A DNA stretch of 64,000 nt. Source: the human T2T-CHM13v2.0 reference genome, Homo sapiens. Positions 24,711 to 38,800 of the stretch are shown one piece after another (the first letter of the stretch is position 1; each line of letters begins with the position of its first letter). The position numbers and the translations under genes were made by a program. The notes below the pieces were generated by a model, which had not been told where the DNA came from, made no database searches, and saw only the letters and a list, made by a program, of their open reading frames with translations. The stretch lies in NCBI RefSeq assembly GCF_009914755.1, contig NC_060929.1; one strand, given 5' to 3'.

Positions 24711-25833
24711 GCTGGTTTCCTTCCTCTCTCTACCCCCTTATATTCATTCATCTCTTTTTATTTTTGCTGTAGCTCACACTTTAGAGAAGGTAATACCTGC
24801 TTTTCATTTCTTCTGAAAAGGCTGCACAAATCTAGCATCTATAGTCTGGATAATTATCCGGAGTCTTGATAATGATGTTTATGAGAACTGTGCCAAGGAA
24901 TGGGACATTCTCATCCTAGCTGAACACTCGCTGCATCTCAGAAAAGGGCAAAGGCAGCCCAGGCCGGGTGCACACAGGCCAAGGAAGGTCAATAGCAGTA
25001 GCAGAAGCCAAGTCATTTCCCCACCAGGGAGAACCAAAGGGCCAGAAGTTAAAAGAAAGGACAAGTTTCCCAGACATCTGTTTCTCTCGGGATTTGTAGC
25101 ACTGATCCTTGCCTCAAGGATCTGAATGCCTAATTGCTGGAGGCAACTCAAAAGAAATTGAATCAATGGAGGCGAAAACAAATTAGTAGACAAGCTGGCC
25201 CAAATAAGATGCCCTCCACCAGAGTTCTGTAATGGCCTGAGTTGGATTCCCATCAGACAAGATAACCAATGAAAGGGTGGAAAGTTTTTGTATCTGGAGT
25301 GAATAGGGACCCAGTGCAGGAAAATTACTAGAAAATTAAGGAAGGCAATACAATGGTAGAACTTTTAAAGTAGCCCTAGAGTGGTACTTTTGTTTCTGTT
25401 CCAAAGTGCTGTGTTTCCCCCAATAAACCTGTAATATTTTTGTAAGAGGAGAATGATAACAATGGCTGGTGGAGCAGAGATGGTGGTAGAGAGGAGAGGA
25501 GGGATGAGTTCTGAGTTAGAGATGTATGTTTTATGATGTAGATATGGAACTTCATGTTTTGAGATGTGACTGTCATAAAGTAATATAACTATATATATCT
25601 ATATTTAAGGCTATTCTCTTACCCTGACTGGGTGGCCAGTGACCTGCTTTTAGACCAATTCCACAGGAGGGGTCTAAAGACTTTCTCAGCAAAACAGAGT
25701 CCTTAAACAAAGTGCACAAAACTCACAGGGTGACCTCTTTGAGCAAGACCCTCATCTGAATGTGCGAGTATGGGTGTGAGGGAACAGAGCTTTGGGATCC
25801 ATGGGCCCATTGGAATCTCAAGTCTTCCAATTA

Positions 25834-26349
25834 CAGAAAGCCCTCATTTAACATGGTCAATAAGTTCTTGGAAATTGTGACTTTAAGCAAAAAGACCTAT
25901 AACCATTTTTTTCCTCATCAATGTTATAATGAAATGACACTGAGCTAAATGATGTTATTTCGGCACCTGCTGTACAGCGTTTAGCTTCCTGTCACAATTT
26001 CTTTTTCTTTTTCTTTTCTTTTCTTTTTTTAAGATGGAGTCTTGCTCTGTTGCCCAGGCTGGAGTGCAGTGGCACAATCTTGGCTCACTGCAACCTCCGC
26101 CTCCAGGGTCAAGTGATTCTCCTGCCTCAGCCTCCTGAGTAGCACCCGCCACCATGCCCAGCTAATTTTTGTATTTTTAGTAGAGATGGGGTTTCACCAT
26201 GTTGGGCAGGCTGGTCTCAAACTCCTGACCTCAGGTGATTCACCCGCCTTGGCCTCCTAAAGTGCTGGGATTACAGGCATGAGCCACTGTGCCTGGCCCC
26301 TGTCCCAATTTCTAAGAACCTATTGGTGACATTAGGTGAGGACATACTG
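25834..26349. mobile_element. MER6-like TcMar-Tigger MITE interrupted by an Alu
   Basis: CAGAAAGCCCTCATTTAAC..AATAAGTTCTTGGAAATTG at the left is the inverse of CAATTTCTAAGAACCTATT..TTAGGTGAGGACATACTG at the right. Confidence 0.65.
26001..26298 (-). mobile_element. AluS
   Basis: Antisense dimer; TSD CCTGTC(A/C)CAATTTCT. Confidence 0.92.
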
Positions 26350-26879
26350 AACAAATGATGTGAATTTGGGCAAAACTTAGTCTCCCTGCATTCTGATCCA
26401 TAAACTGTGGAAAAGGACCCTACTTCATAGGATTGTTTTGAGATTTAAATGAAATAATGTTTATATTAAACACTTTGCTTTATTACCCATTGCTTCTGAG
26501 CACCTTTCTCTACATCTCTGCCTCTCTCTCAACACCTCAGATCATTCTTCTGACAATGCCCACTGCACATTCTGTGCCCCCCACAGCCTTCCTGAACTCA
26601 AAGTAAACATCAAATTACTGTTCCTGTTGTAAAGTGAAGAAATCATGGGGAGGTACCAGGGGGTGGGTGGAAGGGCTGGACTTGGCTGCACTGTGGCATA
26701 GGTGAAATTGGGCTTTGGCATTCTGCTGCCTTCTCTACAAGTAGGAACTGGTTTCTTCCTGGGGCAGGCAATGTTCATGGCCTACTCACTGGCATTTGCC
26801 CCGTGTTTCACTCCCTGATTTTGTAATAGGTGGATTTTCCTTCCTATTGGGAAGGGCAAGTCCCTCTCCTAACTTCCAG

Positions 26880-27331
26880 AGAATGAGTCATCATTACTTT
26901 AAGCCCAAGGCAATCTCATTCCCCTTTGCCAGTGACTGGTTTAAGGGAAGGCAAGGGATCCAGTTCCAACCAATCAGATGCAAGGAGAAGTCTGCTTGAA
27001 TCTTCTGCTAAGGATTTCACTTTCTTGTTAAAAGACAGACGCGTGGCTTGCAATGCTATTTAATACTTTCTTTTCCTTCCATTTTCAACGTAGAAGTGAT
27101 GCTTGAAACCACAGCAGCCATTTTGGGGCCACGAGGCAATAAGCACAAGGATAAAAAGCCAAGAACCAAAGATGGAGAATCAAGGGTGTAATGAACCTAG
27201 ATGATATGATATGACAGAGTCCTGAACTGCTAGACTTCTTACTAGGTGAGATGAGTAAATGTATTCATTGCTTAAATCACTCGTAATTTGGATTTCTGTT
27301 AATTGCAACTAAAAGCATTCTTATCTAATAT
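26880..27331 (+). mobile_element. Old MLT1-family MaLR LTR
   Basis: CCAGTTCCAACCAATCAGATG...TTGCAACTAAAAGCATTCTTATCTAATA. Confidence 0.55.
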
Positions 27332-27624
27332 TCCTTATTGTTGAATAGCATTTCTTTCTGAAGTGCCATACTGCAACCTTCCTGATAGCCCAGGATCTCT
27401 GCTAAGGTACCACTGAAGATCATGGTATTAGCTGGACTTAATGCATGGTTTCATCAATGAATACTTGCATTTTAACAAATAATTCCTGGAGACAAAGGCA
27501 TAAAACTATAATGGCTGAATGACAGATATTGGGGTTAGTACTTTGCAGAGGGCCAGGGGCCTCGATTTCTGCCTCTTCAATACCTCCATGTAACTACTAG
27601 CTGGTTTACCTATACATTTTCCCC

Positions 27625-27789
27625 AGAACCTTGTTACTCAAAGTGTGGTCTACCAGCTGTACTGGCATCACCAGGGAACTTTTAAAAATATGAAATCTTA
27701 GGCCCCAGTCCAGACCCACTATATCAGAACCTGCACTTTAACAAAGATCTCCAAATGACTCATATGCACATTAAGTTTGAGGAGCACAG
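27625..27789. mobile_element. MER5A (hAT-Charlie)
   Basis: CTCAAAGTGTGGTC...TCAGAACCTGCACTTTAACAA...GCACATTAAGTTTGAGGAGCAC. Confidence 0.75.
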
Positions 27790-28983
27790 CCTCAGAGGAT
27801 GTGGAATTGCTGGAGTTCAAAAACAAACAAACAAAAAAGGTCAGTTTTCTAGTGCTAGATAAATAGCTCACAAAGCACAGTGTCACAAGGAAAAAATTCT
27901 CATTTTGTCTTTTTATCTGGCTATGGAGATCTGGGGGTAAACTAGGTTTGTTGAATAAATAAATATAATTCTTTCAAAGTCATCTGAACTTGGAGATCAG
28001 AATCACCCAGCACAATCACTTGCTTCAAGATTATATATTACTTCTGAAATAGACACGAGTTATACAGAAACTGGGAGACAGAACAGAGATGGAAATAGTG
28101 GTGGTACGGCCCAAGGAAGTACCCACTGCAGCTGGGCATGGCCACATTTTACAGGCCCTCATTAAGTTCCGTCATGTGAGGGTCCGCTCACTTCTTCAAA
28201 TACTCAGATTCTCATCATTGGCAGTGGCTGGTGATCAGGTGGTAAGTTATCCATGCCAATAAAAATAAACATTAGTTTGCATGAGATTTAAGAATGTCAA
28301 ACAATTAATCTGCATGAAATCTATAGCCGTCACATGGACAGGAAAGCTCCTCTTGGCCTGTTCCAGAAAATTTTCTCCCTGTAAAAATCTTCATGGTAAC
28401 CCAAGTTGTAATCGGAAGTCATCTCTCTGATTTATCAGGAGACATCCCCATCTTGGGGACCAGAACTCTTGAAAGTCCCTGCAAGTAGTACATTCCCTCA
28501 CTCCCCTTCCCAAGGCAGACTTACATGGAAGGCAAAACTAAAATGAGAAGGATGCTTTGTGTGCATGGAATCAAGATGAGGAGATTTAGATATATGTGTA
28601 TAATAGCATCAGGATGAGATGGCTGGATGTATCCATCCTGCCATCAGGATGGTCTGGAAAAAGGGAGAAATTGGAGCCTAGCAGCTAAAGCTCCATGTCC
28701 CTGAACACCTGAACAGTCTCAGCCAATATTCACCCTCCCATTTTCTAGATCTTGATGATGATGGTTCATGCTATCTTTACATTTTCTATGCTTTTAATCA
28801 AGTTATAATCAACAGTGCTTCCCGGGTAACATGCTGTCTTTTTAAAGTGATTTGTATATTCTTATTACAGCCTAATATAAACTGCTCTCGCTGTTTAATG
28901 TGTAGAAAGCAATATCATTTCACTCTTTCTAAGTTCTTAGTAGGCATCTCATGGTCACCCTCAAGTACTACTATAGTGTAGAC

Positions 28984-29309
28984 CAGTGGTCCCCAACCTT
29001 TTTGGCACCAGGGACCAGTTTCATGGAAGATAATGTTTCCATGGAGAGGGTGGGCAAGGAATGGTTTTGGGATGAAACTCTTCCACCTCAGATCATCAGG
29101 CATTAGTTAGATTCTCATAAGGAGCACACAACCTAGATCTCTCGCATGCGTAGTTCACAGTAGGGTTTGCGCTCCTATGAGAATTGAATGCTGCAGCTGA
29201 TCTGACAAGAGGCAGAGCTCAGTGGTAATGCTCACTCCCCCACTGCTCACCTCCTACTGTGCAGCCTGGTTCCAATACTGGTCCAAGGCCTGGGAGATGG
29301 AGACCCCTG
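28984..29309 (+). mobile_element. MER1B (hAT-Charlie), complete
   Basis: CAGTGGTCCCCAACCTTTTTGGCACCAGG...GACCCCTG termini; perfect 8-bp TSD GTGTAGAC (28976-28983, 29310-29317). Confidence 0.92.
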
Positions 29310-30362
29310 GTGTAGACAATAAGGTATAGTCTTAGTTCTACTTAGTGCCATTAATGGTTGCAGTGGAGTAGAGCATCATAGCTCCCAGCTTGTGTGCTTC
29401 CGTAGGACTGGGTAACAGGCGTGTCCAAGTAATTGATCCTCTCAACCCTTGGGGAACACAGGCAGGTCCTAGATGGCTGGAACCTTTAGGTCATTCCTGC
29501 CCCACAGTGATGTCTCACAATATGAAAAAAGCTGAGAATCCCTAGGATAGTGGAATGGACCTGGAAATCAGCATACCACTATGTATGTGTGGGCACCCTT
29601 TTGCAGGTCATTGTACTCTCAGAAGCTCAGTATCTAAGCCAGGTGGGCCAAAGCTTATTTCATGCTGAATCAACAAAGTTACATCCACCTGGGCTTAAAA
29701 TGAGCTTATGAGGGGAGGCAGTGCCAGGCCTGCAAGTGGAATCCAAATGGTCCCAGGTGTGGAACTAACTGCTGGACTGCAGATGCAGAGAACCAAGTGG
29801 GTCATAGCATGAACAGAAATCAGACCCTTCTCCTTTCCTCTTGGTGCTCATATTTGTCAGACTTGGGAGGCTCTGAGAGGAGAGTGGCTGGTAGCAATGT
29901 TTAAAGAGGGCAAAAACAATGAGCTGGTCATTCACTTACCCAGTGGAAAGCCCAGGGAGGAACTCAACACATTTGGGAAGCAGTGACCAGAGTAACTTAG
30001 ACTACATCTCAAATTATAGCCAATAAAGTGATTGTCATTTTTCTCGCAGAAAATGTACATATTCTCTGAGCTCTAGATTTTTTGACTGTGCCATTATTTC
30101 TGATATCCCAACAATTCTTTAACATCAGGGGACCTTTTACATATACTCTATAGAGCTAACAACATTTTCTATTACTAAATGGAAATGTTGTCCAGTATTT
30201 GTCTCCACTTTCTCTGGTAAGATATTCTGCCTCCTACCTGTGGACATTTAGCTACATTCCTGGTCATTAATTGTATAGTGAATATCTTGGCTGGCGAAAT
30301 TTCTTAGTCCTTTTTTCTCTTGCTGTCAGAAAGCTTTCTGGAAAGTTTTATTTTGATATCAC

Positions 30363-30740
30363 TGTATTAGTTTGCTGGGGCTGCCCTAACAAAATACTAT
30401 ACACTGGGTAGCTTAAAAGACAGGACTTTATTTTCTCATGACTCTGGAGGCTAGAAGTCTGAGATCAAGGTGTTGGCAGGTTTGGTTTCTCCTGAGTCTC
30501 CTCTCGTGGCTTGTGGATGGGTGGCTTCTCCCTCTGCCTTCACATGATCGTCTCTCTGTTTTCTAATCTCCTCTTCTTGTGGGGACACTGGTTGTATTGG
30601 ATTAAGGCCCACCATATTTACCTCATTTTAATTTAATACCTCTGTAAAGGCCCTGTGTCCAAATACAGTCACATTCTGAGGCCCTGGGGGTGGGGGCTTC
30701 AACATACGAATTTTGAGAGGCCTGCAGTTCAGCAATAACA
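30363..30740 (-). mobile_element. MLT1A/B/C-type MaLR solo LTR
   Basis: TGTATTAGTTTGCTGGGGCTGCC...CAGTTCAGCAATAACA; flanks ATCAC/GTCAC. Confidence 0.82.
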
Positions 30741-31844
30741 GTCACTAATAGCACTGAAATGAATCTGTGGCTGGCTCAGTCCTTCAGGGCAAAAAAGGAT
30801 GTAGCAGATATCTGTTTTTAATTACACTAATAGCTCACAGGATTTTAGAACAGAACATGTCTTTGGAAAAGTCATCTCATCATATGCTGTTATTTGGCAG
30901 ATTAAGAAACTGAAGCCCAGAGATGTTATGTGACATCCCTAAACATATACAACTGGCATCTGATGATGACCTGAGGGTGAGGCATATGGTCAGAACTTCA
31001 GCAGAAGCAAACTACTCTACTTACATATTCTTATATATAAAGCCAAGATAAAACCATGATTGTCTTTTTGTGGCCAGGAAATGTACTCATGGAAGAAAGC
31101 CTACTTATCGTCCTGCAAATTGGTAATTTTTCCGTGGTGACTTCTCTCCTTGAATCCTGGAGTTCCCACCTGGAATGTTCCTGGCTGCCTCTCTAGCAGT
31201 GATGTGGCTGTCTGCTGAGGTGGCCTCTGCCTGTGCCAGGGCCAGCAGCAGCTTCCTGATCCTGGCTTCCTGGTCCCAGTATGGCAGCCACAGCTGCCTC
31301 CTCATACTTTCAAAGCTGATGATAAAATCACAGAATCAGGAATCCAGCTGCCACCACTGCTCTGACACATTTTCATGACCTGCTTGTCCACAGATGTAGC
31401 AGCAGGGAGATAGCTGCTGTCTTACTGCTGTGGTTTAGGTCTTGCCTAAGTGCATCCAGAACCCTAGATCCAAGAGAGTCTGGGAAATGCAGATTTTAGC
31501 TTTCCAGACTGCAGTACAGAAAAGTACATAGAAAGAGGTGGAGTGAATGGAGAGTGTCAATCAACCATACCCAGCAAAGTTATACCGTGGGTTACATGGA
31601 TTTTAATTAGTAAAACAGAAGGAATCAGTGAAGACCGCTGGGAACACTGAATGGAGAGGCTTCAGGTTTCTTTAGTATGGAGTTGAACTCAGGCCCAGTG
31701 GAGATCATTTCTTAAAAATGGTAAATGGATAACTTTTTCCAACACATACGCCTTCTGCAACTAGAGTCAGCATGCGATATACCAACAAATAAATCAAGAA
31801 TGGGATTATCTGTTTTCAAAATTTGCCTGGGAACAAAAAGTATT

Positions 31845-32740
31845 TGTATCAGAGGCTGATATCCCTTGCCCCCTGCCCCATAGCCATTCTCTTCTTCTTC
31901 CTTTTAATGACAGAAACCCCCAGAGTTTAAGATAGACACATGGCCATCAAGCTAGCGCATAGGTTGGAAAACTATGGCCTGTGGGCTAAATCTGGCCCAC
32001 TGCTTTTTTTGTAAACACACTTTTCTTGGATCACAGTGACACTCATTTATTTGTACATTGTCTATAGCTGCTTTCACACTACAGTGACAGAGCTGGATAA
32101 TTGTGACAGAGACCACACAGCCTTCAAAGCTGAAAATATTGACTCTCTGGCCCTTTACAGAAAAAGTTTGTTGACTCCCGTGCTAAAGACTACAGTGTCT
32201 AGCCTCTCTTGCAGCTATGTGAAATCATATGACTAGCCTTGGTCCATGGAGATATGAGTGAGGGTGATACCTGTCACTTTTATGCTTTGGCTTTAAAATA
32301 TTTGATGTATATCTTCTATCCCTCTTCCTTTTTCCTGTAGGCTTACCACACTTTTAATATAATGTACCAGATAGTTAATATTTTAGACTTTGTGGGCCAT
32401 AGAGTCTCTGTCACAACTACTCCAGTCTGTCGTTGGAGCACAAAAGCAGCCATAGACAACACATAAACAAGTGAGCATGGCTGTGTTCCAACAGCACTTC
32501 ACTTACAAGAGCAGGTGGCACTACAGATTTGACCTGCAGGCTGTAGTCTGCTGATTTCTGCTCTTAGAGATGACTGAGTAACACAAGGAAGGAACTCGAG
32601 TTCCTGAATGAACACATGGGAAAAAACTGCCCACCAACCTAGACCATTCCCCCAAGACTTGTTGATGAGAAAAACAAATACCTGACTTATTTAAGCCATC
32701 GTATGTTTGGGTCTCTCTGTTACCACAGCTTAGCCTTACA
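31845..32740 (+). mobile_element. Old MLT1 LTR with two nested MER58-like hAT MITEs (~31958-32180, ~32360-32560)
   Basis: GGAAAACTATGGCCTGTGGGCTAAATCTGGCCCAC...CCCTTTACAGAAAAAGTTTG (MER58A-like); MLT1 3' end GGGTCTCTCTGTTACCACAGC. Confidence 0.6.
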
Positions 32741-32761
32741 TGGTGCATCTTGGGCTTGTAG

Positions 32762-33074
<313 letters not shown>

Positions 33075-33323
33075 GAGAGGTGTTTTCTAATATTTGGTCA
33101 AGATCTTGATTCTAATGTTTGCAATTGAATGTTAACTGAGCACCTACTGAGGGCCAGTCTCTGTGCAAAGCATAGCAGGGGATGAAAAGATAAAAAAGAC
33201 ATATTCCTTCTCACCGCAAAGGACAATCCATGTGTTAGGACTTGGTGGTAGGTTGTAATCAGTTGTGAAGTTAGTCACTAGCAATTTACAACCTAAAGTT
33301 TTGAAGTTTGTGAATGATGTGCT

Positions 33324-33929
33324 GTGTCAGGGGACCTCAAGACCACCCTCAGGCTTCAGTGATTTCTTAGAAGGACTCACAAGACTCAGAAACTGCTATA
33401 CTCATAGTTATGTTTTATTAAAGTGAAAGTTTACAGATTGAAATCAGCAAAGGGCAAGGCACATAGGGCAAAGTCCAGGAGAAACTAGGAACAAACCTCC
33501 AGATGTCCCCTCCCAGTGGAGTCATATAGGGGCCATACTTAATTTCCCAGCAATGATGTGTGAAAACACACATGAAGTACTGCCAATCAGGGAAGCTCCC
33601 CAGCCTTGGTATCTAGGGTTTTTTAACTGGGGTTCCGCTACATAGGCATTCAGCACCCATGTGACTGACCTCAGCTACTCAGTCTCTAGCTCCCCAGAGC
33701 AAAAACAGGCATTTATCAAAAATCACATTTTTAGCATAAACTTATCTGGTTATACTGGTACAGCCTGGCCCAAGGCCTCAGGCATACAAAAAACACTCTT
33801 ATCATGCAGAATATTCTAAGAGCTCAGAGGTTTTGCCCAAGCCAAGGGTCAGTCCTGAAGAGAGGCTTTCTTTTGGAATGTGAAGAGTTTGAGCAACTTA
33901 GGGATTCTGAGTTAACCCTTTCCAGTGCA
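33324..33929 (-). mobile_element. MER21-like LTR
   Basis: TGTCAGGGGACCTCAAGACCACCCTCAGG...GAAGGACTCACAAGACTCAG...GAGTTAACCCTTTCCAGTGCA. Confidence 0.72.
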
Positions 33930-34071
33930 TGTGCCTTTTATGTAAATAAAATAGATTTAAGCATATCCCCATCTTGCCTTTTGATATGCTTTTTGATTGG
34001 GATAGAAAAGGATTAAGTTACAGCTTTTTTGCTGGACCCTGACACAAGCATGTATAGAGAATATGATTGTC

Positions 34072-34416
<345 letters not shown>

Positions 34417-34479
34417 CTATCCACTTAATGAAGGGAATAAAATAAGAGCACATAAATTACAATGAAAAATCACAGAAAG

Positions 34480-34815
34480 GGGCCAGGCACAGTGGCTCAC
34501 GCTTTTAATCCCAGCACTTAGAGAGGCCGAGGTGGGAAGATCACTTGAGGTCAGGAGTTTGAGACCAGTCTGGCCAACATGGTGAAACCCTGTCTCTACT
34601 AAAAATACAAAAATTAGCTGGGCATGGTGGCACACCCCTGTAATTCCAGCTGTTTGGGAGTCTGAGGCATGAGAATCGCTTGAACCTGGGAGGCAGAGGT
34701 TGCAGCAAGCTGAGATTGCGCCACTGTACTTCAGCCTGGGCGACAGGCTAAGACTCTGTCAAAAAAAGAAAGAAAGAAAAAGAAAGGAGGGAAGGAAGGG
34801 AGGAAGGAAGGAAGG
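34480..34815 (+). mobile_element. AluS with (GAAA)/(GGAA) tail
   Basis: Full dimer; TSD AAATCACAGAAA. Confidence 0.92.
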
Positions 34816-34839
34816 AAATCACAGAAAAGTACGGCATGG

Positions 34840-35860
34840 GCTCAAAGGAAGAGTGCTCTCCAACATTGGAGAGATTAGGAAAGGTTTCAGGAAAGAGGTG
34901 GCTTGGAGATGGCCTTGATCCTTGGTAAGATCGTCACAGAAAGACTTAGGTGGCAGAAAAGGGATATTTGGGGCAGTGCAGAATGAGAGAATGGTGCAAA
35001 GGCAGTAAGGCATGCAAGTTGGCGTGTTTACATGGGACAGTGAGTAGTCACACTTGACTCTGGTGGGAAATGAGATTGGAAAAGTAGGTGGGAGTCATAT
35101 TATGGAGGGCATTAGATTCTGGGCTGAAGATTTTCTGATACAATCAGCAGGCAATGGGGAGTACTCAGTCTTTGAAAGTTGTGCAGTGGAATATGTTCCT
35201 GTCTGTGGTTTAGAAAAATTCTTCTGCAAGAATATGATAAACTGAACAATGTTTGAAGCAGGACAACCAGTAACAAAGCTATTATGAGACAAAAAATAGT
35301 AAGAGCCTGAGTTATGGTCATGAATGTGGACAGGAGAAAATACTTACCAGAAACAATTTAGACACAGAATCTATAGGACTGTACTCTAAGAATTTGGTAA
35401 ACAGAGGCATGTCAGAGAGAGGAATGGAGAAGAACCTAAGAGCTGTACATGCTCCATGAGTTAAAGTATAAAGTGACTGAGTAATTGTGTGCTACTGTAG
35501 GAAATAAGGAAAATAGGCACTAGAGCTTATTTGAAGAGGGGCTGGAGGTGGGGTGAATCACAGATAATCCATTAGATTTGGAAATGGTAAGTGTGAGATA
35601 CCAGTAAAATGTCCAAATGATGTCTATCAGGCCATTCAAAGAATGAGTCTGTAGCTTGGGAACAGGTAATTTGTTTGAGAGTCTTTGTCATTGAGGTTCT
35701 GTGGGAATAAATGACATTGTCAAGAAAGAGAATGTAGAGGGAGAAGAGAGGCTGACTTGAGGAAGAAGTTTGGGGATACTGATAATTAAATGACAGACAA
35801 GGAAGAGGCATCAGAGAAGGTCAGAGGGAGAAGCAAAGGAGAATCAGGTTGGAAACCAAG
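34840..35860 (-). mobile_element. L2 fragments
   Basis: Purine-rich degenerate antisense L2-like sequence (GGAAATGAGATTGGAAAAGTAGG, GTGTGAGATACCAGTAAAATGTCCA). Confidence 0.5.
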
Positions 35861-38800
35861 GAAGGAAAGGGAATCCACTGGTTGCTGTGTCCTGGGAGGT
35901 GGAGCAGGATGCAGTGGAGAGAGACTGTTGAGCCTCACTGGCATAAAGAAAGGTGATGCTTGATGACCCTGAAGGCGGAATTGGCCAAATTTCAGGGTTT
36001 AGTGAGGGAGTACTGGGAAAGTAGAGGAGAAACTCTGCCATGCCTGGGGAGAAGCAAGAACTCCTGTGGATGGGGGTGGCTGGGTGGGAGACGCATGGAT
36101 GGGACACAGTGGTAGGCCACCAAGAGTGAAATGCTAATTGCATAGGCACCCCAAAGCTTCCATGCAAGCTTAGCAAAGCAAGTGTCCCAAAGGGTTCAGA
36201 TGATGACAAGTCTTTCTTTCATATGGAGCTGGGACAGATACTTTGCCAAAGCCTCTTTAAATGCTGGCGACACTGTGAACGCCCCTCAGGGACCACAGGG
36301 AAGAGGATCCCACAATCAATTATTATCTGGGCACTCTTTACTCATCGTGGAATTTGGCGCGCCCTTGGGTGCTGTGTTCCAGCTCAGGATCTCCACTTTT
36401 CAGATTAAAGAGCTGTTATAACTCTCTGTTTATTTTAGGAAAGATTAATGGTTCCCCCTCCTCGTTTCTCAGGGACAGACTTTAATCTGTCTAGAGTGAG
36501 TCATGAAATATATCGGCTCAACCGCTCTGGCTGCAAGATTACAGATATAAAATTGTCCGATTTTGACAAAAAACAGCTGCAGCCCTTCTTTTGATTTTGA
36601 GTCCACAATCACATGTGGATAGAGACAGATAGGGGATGTGCCTGGTAAGAGTTCCACGATAGGCAGAGACATAGGTCAGGAGACACAAGCCCTCCACCCT
36701 TATCTATAATCCTCCCAAGAGCCTCCAACTTGTCACCTTCAGCAAGATGTCTCTCAATTAATTCATGTCAGGTTAATTTAACTCAATTCAACCAACTCTC
36801 ACAAGCTACTTTCACGATTAATGTGGAAAATGAAAGGTGAGCAAGAAGGAATACTCTCAACAAGTTTCAGTCTACCGGTGGTGAGCTAAGACCCACCAAG
36901 GAATAATCGTGATAAATGCTATTTAAAGCTGTTTGAAGAAAGAGGGCATTGAAAGGTGAGCTCCAACCTTAGGCAAGACCTTCTGGAGAGGGCAGTGTTG
37001 GAGCTGATCTTGAAGGGCCTTGGCGTGTGTGTATGTGCACAGGTGTGCATGTGTGTATGCACCTGAGTTTACAGGGTTAAGCAGAGAGAAAGTGAAGCAT
37101 TCCAGGAAAAGATACTTTGATAAGCACGTGGAGACAGAGAATTGCAGTGCTTGGGGAATGTGTGGGAAAATCATAGTTGAAGAGGGCTTTAGGTCCAGAT
37201 GTTTGATGTGTTAGATTCACCTGGGCAACTTGTGAAAAATTCATCAGCCAAGGTCTTGCCACTGGATTTTAAAAGCTAGGCTGCTGGGATTTTGAGACGT
37301 TAATGATTTGCCAGGGTCATTTTGCTCATTAACTAATAGTAGGACCAGCTGGAGGACCTGTTTTCAGGGAAGAAAAAGTTTGTTTTGTTTTGTTTTAATT
37401 CAAAACTGCTGGGGTGTAAGATTTGCGAGGGGAGTTACAAAATAGAAGACTAGAAAAGTAGGTTGGACCCAAATTATGGATAGATTCAATGAAAGGCTAA
37501 GGAAATTGGAATTTTTCTATCAGCAGAGAGAGTCATTGAAAGTTTCAGAGAAGTGACATTGTCAAAATAATCAGAGATATCATCTAAAAACAAAAACTTA
37601 TGGGTTCAGCCTGTTGACTGGAAATAGGAGTATAACTGGCTTACAGATTCCATACCTTCCCAGCAGTTAGGCCCTCCTACTCTCATCTGAATCACATTCC
37701 TCCATAAGCCTATAGAGGCAGGGGTCCCCCCTCTTATATAAGTGATGAAATATCTCTGAGCACCCTCACTGTATCAAGCATTTCAAAACAGCTCTCTAAA
37801 CCCTAAGGATGTAGTGTTGGTAAGATGAGTGTAAATGCTCATTTGGCTCTTGGCCCAAAGAAAGTACATGCTAATCCTCCCCCAAACCCACCTCATGGGG
37901 TCCATCTACCTCTGTGGTAGGAGTAGCAGCCCTGAGTCCTTGCCTGAGGATAAAGGGAGAGTGTATGTGGGTGACCACAGTGCTTCACCACAGCCAAGAG
38001 AGCAAATCAGGAGTCAGGCCTGCAGATGATGGACCCTCTCAAGGCTTCATGGGCAGATGGCAAGTCACAGAATGGGGATAGAACTGTGTTGCTCCTGGAA
38101 GTCTGCAGTCTGGAAGTCTGGGCCCTAGTTAGGGCTACATTGCTTATTGCAATCAGAAGAGGAGAGGTGGGAAAGAGATTTGAAGCCTGATTAAAAGCCC
38201 ACCAGCTGTTTACACCAGGTGACGCTAGCCTTGGGAAAACAACTACTGGCCCGAATAGCTGCCCCGTGGGTACTTAGCTCACCTGCTTCCTCATACTGCT
38301 TGCCTTCACCACGTGGAAAATTCTCTCAGCCTTTACCCATAATTTGTCTTTCTTCTTTTTGTTTTCTGGAGGGTAAAATGTAGTTTCAACTGAGAGATCA
38401 AACAAAGATACCCTAAATGGAAGCACTCTGTATAGAAGGAAGCTCAAGATTGCAATTAAAATGTTGGCAGCATCATTGGAAGGCAGAGAAACTATCACCT
38501 TGGAACAAAGATTGGGCTAAAATAATCCAGAATGAGGAAAATTGTTTAAAAGAATTATCTACACCATGAAGAAATTCATCAGCATTTTGTGTAAAAGATG
38601 GAAGGTCAGAAGTAACGTACCTTTCATTTATGCTGTGTTCAGATGTAGCATTTCTCAATGGGTATGTTATTGATAATTAGGCAGTACTGTGTTATATACA
38701 ATTTTTCCACATTGGCAGCCACCTCGCATCCCCAGCACCTCCTCCAAAGTGCCAGCAGCACTCTCAGTCATGGTAAAACTAAAAAAGTCCTGAGAAACGC

